This document shows, in pieces, positions 13,391-26,259 of a stretch of DNA of 64,000 nucleotides. The first letter of the stretch is position 1. Each line of letters starts with the position of its first letter. A model generated the notes under the pieces. It saw nothing but the letters and a program-made list of their open reading frames with translations, was not told the origin of the DNA and searched no databases. Made by a program: the position numbers and the translations under genes. Origin of the DNA: Mobula hypostoma (lineage: Eukaryota); assembly GCF_963921235.1 (NCBI RefSeq), contig NC_086108.1:65722001-65786000 (forward strand), given 5' to 3'.

Positions 13391-13825
13391 CAGTGGTGCA
13401 GTGCTAGTCGGAGCGCACTGGAGTGCGTCTGTCACATCTTTAAGAAAAAAGCTGAAATAAACAAGTTAATTAATTAGGTGCCGCCCAGGGTGATTTGAGT
13501 ATCTCGGAAACTGCTGATCTCCTGGGATTTTTACGCACAACAGACTCTGGAGTTTACAAAGAATGGTGCTAAAAACAAAAAAAATCCAGCGAGTGGATTT
13601 AGCAAGATGTTTTTGCTCACAGAACAGCCACTCGGTGGATGATTTTTTTGTTTTTGGCACCATTCTTTGTAAACTCCAGAGTCTGTTGTGTGTAAAAATC
13701 CCAGGAGATCAGCAATTTCTGAGATACTCAAATCACCCTGGGCGGCACTTAATTAATTAGCTTGCTTATTTCGGCTTTTTTCTTAAAGATGTGCCGGCCG
13801 CGCTCCGGCTAGCACTACACCAATG
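13391..13825. mobile_element. Fold-back MITE (Tc1/mariner-derived), ~200-bp inverted arms
   Basis: Termini CAGTGGTGCAGTGCTAG ... CTAGCACTACACCAATG in a TA-rich context. The arms are near reverse complements around a ~30-nt spacer. Confidence 0.85.
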
Positions 13826-16609
13826 GATACGTATATATATATATATATATATATCCCAAAGAGGAAGAAGTATCCTAAAGGAAAGATGACACAACTATGG
13901 TTAACTAGAGAAGTCAAAGCCAACAGAAAAGCCAAAGGGAGTGCATATAATAGAGGAAAAATTAGTGGGAAGTTAGCGGATTGGGAAGCTTTTAAAAACC
14001 AACAAAAGGCAACTAAAAAAAAGTCATTAAGCAGGTAAAGATGGAATATGAAAGTAAGCTAGCCCATAATATTAGAGAGACTACCAAAAGTTTCCTCAGA
14101 TACAGAAAGTGTAAAAGAGAGGCGAGAGTGGATATCGAACTGCTGGAAAACGATGCTGAGATGTGGTAATGGGCGAACAACGAAGTGGCGGACAAACTGA
14201 ATAATTATTTTGCATCAATCTTCAACGTGGAAGATACTAGCAGTATGGTGGAAGTCCCAGTTGTCAGGGGTCATGAAGTGTGTGAAGTTAACATTGATAG
14301 AGAGAAGGTTCTTGGGAAACTAAAAGGTCTGAAGGTAGATAAGTCACCTGGACAAAATGGTGTACACCCCAGGGTTCTAAAAGGGGTAGCCGAAGATATT
14401 GTGGCAGCATTAATAATGATCTTTCAGGAATCACTAGATCCTGGAATGATTCTGGAAGTCCAGAAAATTGCAAATTTCACTCCACTCTTCAAGAAGGCCA
14501 GTTAGTCCGATCTCTGTGGTTGGAAAGATGTTGTAGTTGATTATTAAGGATGAAGGCTCAGGGTACTTAGAGGCACATGATAAAATAAGCCATAGTCATC
14601 ATGGTTTCCTCAAGGGAAAATCTTGCCTGACTAATCTGCTGGAATTCTTTGAAGAAATAAGAAGCAGGCTAGACAAAGGAGAGTCGCTTGCTGTTGTGTA
14701 CTTGGATTTTCAGAAGGCCTTTGACAAGGTGCCACATATGAGGCTACTTAACAAGCTACAAGCCCATGGTATTACATGGAACATTCCATGGATAAAGCAG
14801 TGGCTGATTGGCAAGAGGCAAAGAATAGGAGGGAACTGAGCCTTTTCTGGTTGGCTTCCAGTGACTAATGTGTTCCACAGGGATCCGTGTTGGGACCGAT
14901 TCTTTTTACATTATTTGTCAATGATTCGGATGATGGAATTCATGGCTTTTTTTGCAAAGTTTGCAGACGATATAAAGGTAGATGGAGGGTCAGGTAGTCC
15001 TGAGGAAGTAGAGAGGCTCTAGAAGGACCGAGACAGATTAGGAGAATGTACAAAGTGGCAGACGGAATACAGTGTCGGGAAGTGTATAGTCATACACTTT
15101 AGTAGAAGAAATGAAAGTGTTGACTATTTTCTAAATGGAGAGAAAATCCAAGAAACTGAGGTACAAAGGGACTTGGGAGTCCTCGTGCAGGATTCCCTAA
15201 AGGTTAATTTGCAGCTTGAGTCTGTGATGAGGAAGGCAAATGCAATGTTAGCATTCATTTCAAGAGGACTAGAATATTAAAGCAAGGATATAAAGTTGAG
15301 ACCTATAAAACACTGGTGAGGCCTCACTTGGAGTATTATGAGCAGTGTTGAGCCCCTTATCTTAGAAAGTATGTGTGGAAACTGGAGAGGGTTCAAAGGA
15401 GGTTCACAAAAATAATTCCAGGATTGAATGGCTTGTCATATGAAGAGCGTTCGATGGCTCTGGGCCTGTATTCACTAGAATTCAGAGGAACGAGGGGTGA
15501 CCTCAGTGACACCTATTGAATAGTGAAGCACCTTGATAGAGTGGATGCGGGGAGGATGTTTCATATGGTGGGAGAGTCTAAGGCCGGAGGACACAATGTC
15601 AGAATAGAGGGGCACCCTTTCAGAACAGAATGAGGGGGAATTTCTTTAGCCAGAGTGTGGTAAATCTGTGGAATTCTTTGCCACAAGCAGCTGTGGAGGC
15701 CAAGTCTTTATGTTCAGTATACTTAAGGCAGAGGTTGATAGATTCTGCATTGCTCAGGGCATGAAGGTATGTGGGGAGAATTCAGGAGATTGGAGCTGAG
15801 AGAACAACTGGATCAGCCATGAGGAAATGGCGGAGCAGACTTGACGGGCCAAATGGCCTAACTCTGCTCCTATATCTTATGGTCTCATGATCCTTCTTCT
15901 CTTGCTATATCATTGCAACAGCGAATGGCATTGCCTTCGAGTACTTCTGAGCCAAGCTCTAAGCTCGACAGCACATGTTGTGCAACAAACAGGAGGAGCC
16001 CAGGCTTTGGCCTGGTCGCCAGTTTTACACCCAAAGTAGAGTTCATAGGCTTTCTTAATAAGAGAAGTCATGCTCCGTCTTTGAGATTTAAGCGTACACT
16101 CACGACAAATATAACCAAATATATTTGGGTCATGGCTGTTGCAACATTGGCGAGACATTTTGCTATCACAAATACAGCTAAAAATACAATTGCTATATTA
16201 TAATGAGTACATACAATACGCTATGCATGTAGAGCATGCACATCAACTTGATAGTAAACTGATATACATGTAAACACAATGAATCGAACAGTGTGTGTGT
16301 GTGATGCTTTTATAGCCTTTCTAAAACCTGTCCTGCCATGCAGCATCCACCATGCCTAAGCATACACAGGCATGCCTGCACAAGGTAGAAAACTTTTCAG
16401 CTTACATTGTGGGCAACATTTTAATTGAATTGAATTATGAATTGAAATAACAAATATTGGTGATTTCAAAAAAATGGCATGTGATATTGGCATTTCATGA
16501 TCAGCGGCCAAAATCCATCAGATACACCTGAAAGTATTCAAGAAGCAAGATCTTTGTTGTCCAGTGTAATTTCAACCCGTAAAACTGTCAAAGCATTCTG
16601 AGTGTATTA

Positions 16610-18575
16610 ACTCTGAGGATCTCCCATATACTGCCACCAACCTCATAGCTCCCTCACCCCACACCCCCCGTTTCTACCTCCAATGTAAGATCCATAAACC
16701 TGCCTGTCCAGTTGGACCCATTGTTTCTGCTTGTTTCTGCCCAACTGAACTTATATCTGAATACCTCAACTCAGTTTTATCCCCCAGTGGTCCAGTCCCT
16801 TCCTACCTACATCCGTGACACTTCATACGCTCTTAATCTTTTCAATTATTTCAAGTTCCCTGGCCCTGGTCATCTTATTTTCACTATGGACGTCTAGTCC
16901 CTATACAGCTCCACCCCCCACCAGGAAGGCTTCAAAGCTCTCTGTTTCTTTCTAGACACCAGACCCAACCAGTTCCCCTCCACCACCGCTCTCCTCCATC
17001 TGGCAGAACTTGTCCTCACTCTTAATAATTTCTCCAACTTCCTTCAAACACAAGGGGTAGCCATGGGCACTAGCATGGGTTCCAGCTATACCTGTCTCTT
17101 GGTGGGCTATGTGGAACAGTCTACATTCCAAGCCTACACCGGTACCACTCCCCAACTTTTCCTATGCTACATTGGCGACTGTATTGGTGCTGCTTCCTGC
17201 ACTCATGGGGAGCTCGTCAACTTTCTGACACCTCCCTTCCCTTTCTCAATCTCTCTGTCTATATCTCTGGAGACAGCTTATCTACTGATGTCTATTATAA
17301 ACCCATTGATTCTCACAACTACCTGAACAATACCTCTTCCCATCCAGTTACTTGTAAAACACCATCCCCTTCACTCAATTCCTCCATCTCCACCACACCT
17401 GCCCTCAATATGAGGTGTGTCATTTGAGAACAAAGGAGGTGTTTGCCTTCTTCAAAGAAAGAGGCTTCCCTTCCTCCACCATCAATGCTACCCTCAACTG
17501 CATCTCCTCCATTTCACGCATGTCTGCCCTCACTCTATCCTCCTGCCACCCTACCAGGGATAGGGTTCCTCTTGTCCTCATCTACCACCCCACCAGCCTC
17601 TTTATCCAACAGGTAATTCTTTGTAACTTCTGCCATCTCCAGCGGCATCCTGCTGCCATCTCAAGCACACCCTTTCCTCCCTCCATTTCTGCTTTCTGTG
17701 GGGATTGCTCCCCATACGACTCCCTTGTTCGTTCATCCCTCCCCACCGATCTCCTTCCTGGTACTTATCCTTGCAAGTGGAACAAGTGCTACACCTGCCC
17801 CTACACCTCCTCCCTCACTACCATTCAGTGCCCCAAACAGTCCTTCCAGGTGAGGCAACACTTCACCTCTGTCTGTTGGGGTTATCTACTGTATCTGGTG
17901 CTCTTTGTGTGACCTCCTGTTTATCAGTGAGACCTGGTGTAGATTGAGAGATCGCTTCGCTGAGCATCTACGCTCCGTCTGCCAGAAAAAGTGGAATCTC
18001 CCAGTGGCCACACATTTTAATTCCACTTCCCATTCCCATTCCAACATGTCAGTCCATGGCCTCCTCTACCATTGTGGTGAGATCACACTCAGGTTGGAGG
18101 AGCAACACCTTATATTCCATCTGGGTAGCCTCTAGCCTGATGGCATGAACATCGATTTCTCAAACTTCCAGTAATGCCCCCCCTTCACCAGATCCCATTC
18201 CCATTTCCCTCTTTCACCATATCCTCTTATCTCCTCATCACCTCCCTCAGGTGCTCCTCTCCCTTTTCTTTCTTCCATCCTCTCCTATCAGATTCCCCCT
18301 TCTTCAGCCCTGTATCTCTTTCACCAATCAACTTCCCAGCTCTTCACTTCACCCTCCCTCCCCCCAGTTTCACTTATCACCTTGAGGTTCTTCCTTCCCT
18401 CCACCCACGTTCTTACACTGACTCCTCATCTTTTTTTTCCAGTTCTGATGAACGTCTCATCCCGAAATGTAGACCGGACTCTTTTCCACAGATGCTGCCT
18501 GGCCTGCTGAGTTCCTCTGGCATGCTGTGTGTGTTGCTCGGATTTCCAGCATCTGCAGATTTTCTCTTGTTTGTG
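16610..18575 (+). mobile_element. Penelope-like retroelement (RT and GIY-YIG endonuclease), 5'-truncated, degraded
   Basis: PRFYLQCKIHKP, YIRDTSYAL, FTMDV, GVAMGTSMG, TDVYYKPIDSHNYL, FFKERGFP, CKWNKCYTC, ISETWCRLRDRFAEHL, VATHFN. Pyrimidine-rich 3' region ends in the terminal repeat with CTGATGA at 18445-18451. Confidence 0.9.
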
Positions 18576-21500
18576 ATTCTGAGTGTGTGCCCTGGCTCCT
18601 TGATTTGAATGCAAGAGGGCCTAATTATAGTTCAAGGTCACCTCTGGTCAGATATACATTGAAGTAATGTTTGAGATCTGGTCAGGCCTTGTTTAGTACT
18701 TTATCCAGGTTAGAAAGATTTACTTAGAATTACCATTTTTGTGAATTGTTCTTGATCAGTATTTAATATCAGTATCGGTGTTTAATCTTCAAGCAGGCAG
18801 ATAGGGATGCTTAAGATTATTGCACTTGCTTTGCATCAGGTATGGGGAATGAAAGTACTCAGGCTCAGATCAGTTTTGAATGGGCATGGTTCGGTTGAGT
18901 TTTAATTTTGTAAAAGCAAGTATAATGTAAAATAACTCAGTTCAGCTTTAATATGTTCCACCTTGTTGCTTTTAATCCTGGTCTCAGGTCTCCCTTTGAT
19001 CTCCGGATGCCCTTACGAAGCACAAAAAAAAAATGTTGGAAAAACTCAACAGGTTAGTCAGCATCTGCAGAAAGAGAAACAGTTAATGTGTCAGATTGAA
19101 CAGCCTTGTTTGATTTCAATCTTACGAGGAAGCTTCTTTTGTTGACAGATTATCCACATTTCTGGCAAAGAATAGTTAATTTATGGTTCTCTGAGTGAAG
19201 AGTAAAACTGTGCATCATCCTTGTTAATTGGATCATAAAATACAAAGTTTAATTTTCAACCCTTGCACATGTATTTAAAGGAAGGAGGATTAAATTCTAA
19301 CCAACTCAATATATTATAAATCAACCATTAAAATGAATACGTTAGCAGTTTGGAATAGGGAAAATTTAAACATTTACTTAAACTGCCAAACATCAGAAAA
19401 TGCTGGAAGCATTCATCAGCTCAAACAGTATCTGTAGAAAGAGAAATTGAGCTTCAGGTCATCAGCTCATTTCAACTCTGAATCACCCTGTGTGGAACTG
19501 AGGTCTAGAGTGTCAAACCGAGGGGTGACGTACCTTCATCCTTTAAGGGTCATAGAGCACAAATGCAGGTCCCGAGCTTTCCGGATTCTACAACTCACCT
19601 CCAAGGTAAGAGCAAGTTAAAGTGGCCAAATTAACCTATCGAACCTCATATCTTTGGGAAGTGAAATTACATCAGAACACCAGATAAATATTGTGGTATA
19701 AAGTGTAAGTGGGATATGAGAAGAAGTTTTAGATAGTAGCCTACAATCACTTACCTGGTCTCAGCCCTTTAATCTAGCCATGGCAACTCCATTTATGGCA
19801 AGAAACATCTTTTCAAGCACAGGTATGCAGCCAGACAGCTGGTATTACCATCAGTTGCGTGCAATCACGTTGAGCCTGTTAGGGCTTCTTGAGGCTTGGC
19901 TCCTCCCTTTTTCAGAGTGTGACAGGAGGGGTTTAGCACCATCTACACTGGCGGACCCCTCTCTCCAGCATTTGAGAATTGTGGAGCCCATCATCTCCCA
20001 TGTTGTGCCAATGAGCCTTCTGTCAAGCTACAATCACCTCCAAAATGAACTCCCCTACCTGTTGCAATCACAGAGTACCTTCCGTTAAGAGGTGCGGACT
20101 AGCTTTTAAATTTTGTCTGATGAAGGCCACTCAGAAAATTGGTTCCCATGTTGGCATGAAGACAGGCAGAAGCATGATTACTGCTGGTAGACTGCAAAAT
20201 TATTGTTATGAGTCTATTCGAATGGCTTGGAGGCCTGCGCAAGGTCATCTAGGCATATGGGTTACATGAAACATCACCTGTTCTTCAGATCCTGCTGAGC
20301 AAACTGGTCAGAAAGGCAGGGTTAAGAAGAGTCATGAATGTGGAAATGGAAGTAAGGACTTGGAGTATAAAATGGTGCCTTGCAAGAATGAAAATATTTA
20401 ATTCCTCAGCTGCCTTTCGTAAGGAATCTGCACCTTCTAGAAAAAGCCATTTTTAGACTGCCACATTCGAACTTAGAATGTCAACCCTGCCCACATTTTC
20501 CAACCCAATTTTGATTGGTCCTGGATCTCTTCAACAGACTTGAGTTAATTTGTGTTGCGGAAAATGAACATCTAATGACATGCATTCAGAACCTGAAGAT
20601 TGATTCAAGTTGACCAGCTGTGAATAAGAGGAGGTTCTAAGAAATTTAATTAAGGCATTCAAAATTATAAATAATACATAATAAAGTATTAAAAATGAAG
20701 TGTTACAATTGGTCAGCAAGCTGATAAGATAACAGAAATCTAAGATCATCACTGAAAAAATGATAGGAGACCAATATGACACTTTCTCGTGAGGACTAGA
20801 TATAGGCGCACATAACAGGTAAGTGTGGTATCCAGCATGGACTTGGAAATCCAAAATATTACAGATTGATAAACAATACCTCCCCTTTTAGTCACACATC
20901 TTACAACTTGTTGACCTTAATGATAATTTTTATCCTTTTGGATGTTAACTATTGCTCTTATTTCTTATGAACAGCCAGTGTTCATAATGAAGAATAGCTC
21001 CACCAGAGCTATTGAGAGTGGCAGAGAAATGGGTTGTGCTTGCAGTGGTAATTCACTATTAATTCACAAATTGTCCTCATGATCTAATGGCATTTCTCCT
21101 GCCTCAGTCCTGGATAATAGAAACATTATTTTTGTCAGATTCTCAACACTTTCATCTCCCTCTGCTACCATTAACTATTCAGACATCTTCTGGACCAGCA
21201 AGTGATCATTTCTGACTTGGTCACTTTGCACTGTCAGTGCTTCAGTCACTTTGTCCACCAACCATTACAAACCTCACTGCTTTGTTCTTTGGTAAGCTCA
21301 AACCTCTTTCCAAATGCTGTTGCCCATCACTAGCCTTTCCCAGTTCTGATGAAAGCTCATGGACCTAAATCATAAACTCTTCTTTCCTCTTCACAGGTGC
21401 TGCAAGCCCTGCTGAGAGAGGCTACGTTTTCTGTTGTTAGTGGAGATGTACAGTGCTTTACTTTTGGAAACTTGGTGATGTGCCAGCCCTGGACAAGTGC

Positions 21501-22055
21501 TGACAAGTTTTTTCATTGGAGAGGGAAAAAAAAAGAATGCATTGAACAGCTTTTATTTTGTTCAGCTGTGTGTGGCAGTCATTCCTGGAGGCCTTCAAGC
21601 AATGGAGTAAAAAATTTTTGAGGTGGGGTGGAGAAAATCCTCTTTACTGATTTTGCTACAGCCCATTGCAATTCCCATGACCACTCAAAACTCACTTGGA
21701 CATGTGCTAATTATTTCAAAATCCTGGTGAGATCCTAAATCAAGGTTTATGCCACAGCTGAATCAAGTGGGCCTAGGATAAGATAAAAGTGGTAACATTT
21801 TTAATAACATACTCCTTATATGAAAAAAATGAGGCTGTAGGTTGACAGAAACACGTCATGAGAAGTCTTCAGTATTGTTTAAGCTGAGTCAAATTTTAAG
21901 ATTTAATACAGAACATTGTTATACAATGAGTGATTATAAAATTGCACTTGTCACTTAGTGTAAGAAGAACTAAGGGTAAGAAGTCTTGCACTTCAGATCA
22001 GCCTGCATCCATTTTAATAGGGCTCCTTCTGACCACAGACTTATATTCTTCTGTA

Positions 22056-22070
22056 CCACCAGAGGGCAGC
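22056..22070 (+). promoter_or_regulatory. CTCF consensus site
   Basis: CCACCAGAGGGCAGC matches the CTCF core consensus and lies in non-repetitive sequence. Confidence 0.65.
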
Positions 22071-24548
22071 AGTGTGCCATCTTTCATCAGCAAACACTGC
22101 TATCAAGTCACCAATTTCCTGCCACTGGTGCATTACATAAATGAAGTAAATATCAGATTTAATCAGTTAGTCATAATAAATATCTGTCAACATCTAGCCT
22201 TTAATGCCTAAACCACTGTACATTTACATCTCAATTCAAACAGTATACTTGGGAAAATGTTTTCATGCCAATTTGATTATGAATTACCAATCATTGCTGT
22301 GTGATTTCCTTCTTGTTAAAGTAACTGTTCTATAATTTTAAAACTACAAAAAATTATTTAAAAATGCACAAATTATCTTCAAATAACTGCTTTTCTTCAT
22401 TATTTTGTCAATTTTAGTGTAAAATATTTTCTCATCATTAAATTGAATAATATACATCTACTGTATGACAAAACATAGGGCAAACAGAGATATCTAGTTG
22501 AAAATCTGACAAAGTGCAAAGAGTTTCCTCTGTGTCCAAGAATGTTTCTATGGCATTACACAGAGGTGACAATCTTGGGGAATAGAAGCTTAATGTTACC
22601 CTTGGAAATTACTCAAATGATGAATTCAGTACTAATCCACTATACTGAATGCAAAATGACAAGTCACACTTCACTTTAGAACGTTACAATACAAAGCTAA
22701 ATTCATGAGAAGTTAGAATGCTCTGTTGGTATAAAATATATTCATTTAATGCATTTCAAGATCAGTTCACATCTCAAACTATTTTACAGCATTTGAAATA
22801 GTTGAAAAACACAGTCCCAGCTGTAATAACTAAATATATTTGGCCAAAAGAGTATTTTACTTCTCCCATAAGGCTGTTATTATATTTGTATTTGATGAGA
22901 AAACCTAATCAGCTGTTTGTACACATATTATTCAGTATAAATAGTTTAGTAACTCCCTTTTTATGGAGATATCATCAGTGAGAATGTAGATTAAATCCAC
23001 TGACAATAGTCCATGATTCTTTCATGGTCTTGAGGTTTACTTACAATTATTACAAACATCATAGAGTTTTCCAACTAAGTATGTTTTTACATGCCATGAT
23101 TAAATGGAATAGACATTTTAGCAGGCAAGCTAAGTATTATTGCTCATCTCTCTTTTGTTTCATTCCTTCACATGTGGAATACAAAAGCAATTCTTACATC
23201 ATATTAATTTATTTTTTATTCCATCATTTCTGTTTTAACATAATTCTTATAAAAGATGACATCTGAATGATTTGCACTTAATGATCTCAAACAACTGATA
23301 AAGCTCCGAACTCTAAATAATTCAATTAATCAATCTGTTCCAGACTTTTACTTTATATTTGAAATTGCAATGGGTCTCTTTTCTTTCAGTCCTTCTGAGC
23401 TGCTTATTTCCAGGAACCTGAAATATATGCATCTTTCCCATGAGAAGAAATTGGTTTGACCTTTGACCTTAGAGATACAATCCAATAGAATTGCACCAAG
23501 CAGTTTCTGATGACACTTCATTAGAAAGAGAGAATAGGAAAGGTCAGGCAATTGTAGCTTCTCCTACTCTAGGGAAAAATTAATTTAAGTGACTGTGCAT
23601 TTAACAAGGCAATATTACATGTGATCTTCCTAAGTATTGTTTCCCACATTCTAATGCTGATACAGATTTAGTGGTAGTTCCCAGTAAGTAAACACTAATT
23701 TATTTGTATATGCTAACACTTTCCCAAGAAAGATATTTACAGCACTGACAGAGATAGATACAATTTTAAGTTGCCTGATTATAATGAGTTTAACAGATGT
23801 ATCACTCTGGACTGTCATTTGCTCGTTTGCCAATATCAGTCAGTCACTATCACCATTATACATACAACCATTATATGTGCAGAGCATTACCTTTACACTG
23901 GTTAAAAAGTAATGTATTATGTATGGTTCTTTGTTATTTTTTATAATCATCGATATGTTGTGTTAGCAGTGGAAATAGTGTCTGCATTAGACTGCAAAAC
24001 GAGTTGTGCAGAACAATCTATCATTAGTATCAGAAAATTAACATTTTTTATTGCTGTGACATATTAAAAACAGTTTTTTATGAGGTTAAGGAAAGGAATA
24101 ATGCCAAACACCTGATTATTTTCAAAGAATTTCATTCATCTGCCATGTTGACAGCTTCCATACCGGGGAAACATTGTTTCTCTGTAAAAACACATTAAAA
24201 AAATTATATTCAGCACTTTTAATGTCTTTAATTGTCTTATTGTTTCTTTGAAAGAAATGTGATATCTTATTTCAAAACATTAATTCAACTTCCTATAACC
24301 AACACTTTACAGTTATGAAAGCTGGAACCCTGAGAAAATTGACTTTAGTAATGTCAGACAGGAAAATGAAATGATAACGCAGATTGCATTAAAACCCATT
24401 GTCCTGCATTAGAGTATAAACAATGAAAACACAAGTTCCATATGGGTTTTTGGTACCTAGGTAACTGATGCTGGTCTCCAGGGTCAGAGGAGGACAGTAT
24501 ATTTCTCCACTTCCCCTCATTGTTCAAAGCTTCTCTCTTCCTTTAGAC

Positions 24549-24740
24549 CAGGGGTGGCCAACCTTTTACATTCCAGGCGTCAATTTTTTCACGCACAAGT
24601 TCAGATGCGATTTTTTCAGTACCAGTTCTATATTAACATATTTTTACCAGAATTGAATGGGGGTACAAGAGTTGTATGGCGCATCTGAACTCGTGAGTGA
24701 AAAAATTGACGCAGGGAATGTAAAAGGTTGGCCACCCCTG
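24549..24740. mobile_element. hAT (Charlie-like) MITE, 192 bp
   Basis: ~60-bp TIRs begin CAGGGGTGGCCAACCTTTTACATTCC. Perfect 8-bp TSD CTTTAGAC at 24541-24548 and 24741-24748. Confidence 0.92.
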
Positions 24741-24804
24741 CTTTAGACACCTTCATTCCCAATCCGTTCAATTCATGAAAATTATCGTCTTCCTGCAATT
24801 TGCC

Positions 24805-25020
24805 GGAGAAACTCAGCAGGCCAGGCAACATCTGTGGAAAGGAATAAACAGGTGATGTTTCGGGCCGAGATGCTTCATTAGGTCCTGAAGAAGGGTCTCG
24901 GTCCAAAACGTCGACTGTTTACTCTTTTCCATTGGTGCTGCCTGGCCTGCTGAATTCCTCCTGCATTTTGTGTGTGTTACTTTGGATTTCCAGCATCTAC
25001 AGATTTTCTTGTGTTTTTGC
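24805..25020. mobile_element. Penelope-derived fold-back element, degenerate hammerhead motifs
   Basis: Inverted arms centred at ~24880: 'gtttcgggccgagatgcttcattag-gtc-ctgaagaagggtctcggtccaaaacgtcgactg'. Confidence 0.8.
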
Positions 25021-25527
25021 TCCTCTGACAACTTACAGCTTTTAGGAGTCTGGGACAGGTTTAACTGCTTCTTCTTTGCAGATACCATCTTCTCTGCCAT
25101 ATTTTCCATCTGAAGTAGAGATCATGGCCTTTCACTACATTGTATCAGTTACAAAACAGATCTTTTGTCACGAGCTCCACCTTGAGCTTACTAATGCTTG
25201 GATGTGGAATTACTCTAATGTGGTTCAATAGGATAAGACTGAACACATTTGTTCCTAACTATGCTTGACCAGTGTGCATTCTCCAAACACACGCGTCAGA
25301 CAAAAAAATGTACACCCATTAATAGCTTCTTCTTTTCACCTATTTCTGTCTTACGTCTTGATTTTGCTGAAAAGGTCAATATTTATTCCCAATATGTGCC
25401 GTACCAACAGGTAGAAGCAAAGCATTATAACAAATGCTGTAACCCTCAAATTTTTAATTCATTCCAAGTTATGATGGGGATAAATTATGAGAAGTGCCTG
25501 TGTAATGTAAAATGCTGGAGTCTTTAC

Positions 25528-25832
25528 GGGTGGTGCAACAGTGCACTGGCAGAGCTGCTGCCTGGCTGTTCCACAAACCCTCACTAGATCCAGACCTCTG
25601 GTGTTGTCTGTAGTTTGCAGATTCTCCCTGCGACCAAGTAGGTCTCCTCCTATAATTAGTCAGTTATTAAACCACTGTAAATAATCTATAATGTGAAGTG
25701 AACCATGGAATCTGGGCATATCTGATGGGAATATGGAGAGAATAAAATGGGATTAATGCAGGATTAATATAACATTTGATGGTTGACATGGACAAACGGT
25801 GCCAAAGGGTCTGTTTCTCTGTTCCATGATTC
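25528..25832 (+). mobile_element. HE1/V-SINE-like SINE, degraded
   Basis: tRNA-like head, 'gtctgtagtttgcagattctccctgcgacc' core, and 'gggtctgtttctctgttccatgattctcta' tail. Confidence 0.6.
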
Positions 25833-26259
25833 TCTATAATGTGAGGAGTTCACCATCTTTGGCACCACAGGGTAAGGGCAATAACATTGTGTCAGATATC
25901 TGGGTGGACCATGCTTGATATGGCCCACAGTCTGTGTTTATAAACCCCTCCTTGCTTTTCCTGCAGTCACACTTCCAGCTGCCCCGTAGATCCAGTCCCC
26001 CTAGAGGTGCCACAACTCCAACTGTCCTGCATGGTGGAATACTCCACAAATGACCATGAGCCCTCAGATGGAGGATCTGACACCAGGCCTCAATACTCCT
26101 CTGATGACTTTTAGCAGCTTTCTGCTGCCTAAAGGCATTTAATCAAATTCAAATGTCCCTGATCATCAAAAGCATTTGATAACAATTAAAGCAAATTTAC
26201 ATAATTTATAAATAATTAAATTTACAAAATATTTTTGTGATGGAAATTAATTTAAAACA

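Larger units (their letters stand above)
10850..15885 (+). mobile_element. Near full-length, probably chimeric CR1 LINE (5' UTR, ORF1 zinc finger and esterase-like domain, ORF2 APE and RT), degraded
   Basis: ORF1 ECTSCRM...YNCKRCIQL and AVVIGDSLVRGID. ORF2 [46 protein letters not shown]. Ends in 'tatatcttatggtct'. Confidence 0.9.
9833..16566 (-). mobile_element. DNA transposon remnant of Tc1/mariner ISRm11-like type, split by a CR1 insertion (10850-15885)
   Basis: Transposase pieces are collinear on minus: YICRECTLKSQRR...YFGCKTGDQAKAWAPPVCCTTC (15910-16158), DCYF...YPNLPLAMKPVLHGDSLPVP (10597-10840), FPGITDAKIKEGIFVGP (~10390-10440) and HLDFFSANLGTLSDEHGDRFHQDI...YQGNWNPSVLADYFWSLK (~10080-10225). 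Right end is CAGTG|TA at 16566; a loosely matching CACTG end is at 9833. Family assignment is from memory of the motif. Confidence 0.75.

Noticed and set aside
18440..18480. Active hammerhead at the end of the Penelope copy
   Set aside because: CTGATGA and GAAA are present, but helix II and the ACGU palindrome are mutated. The copies at 12.5, 21.3, 24.9 and 33.3 kb also have core substitutions.
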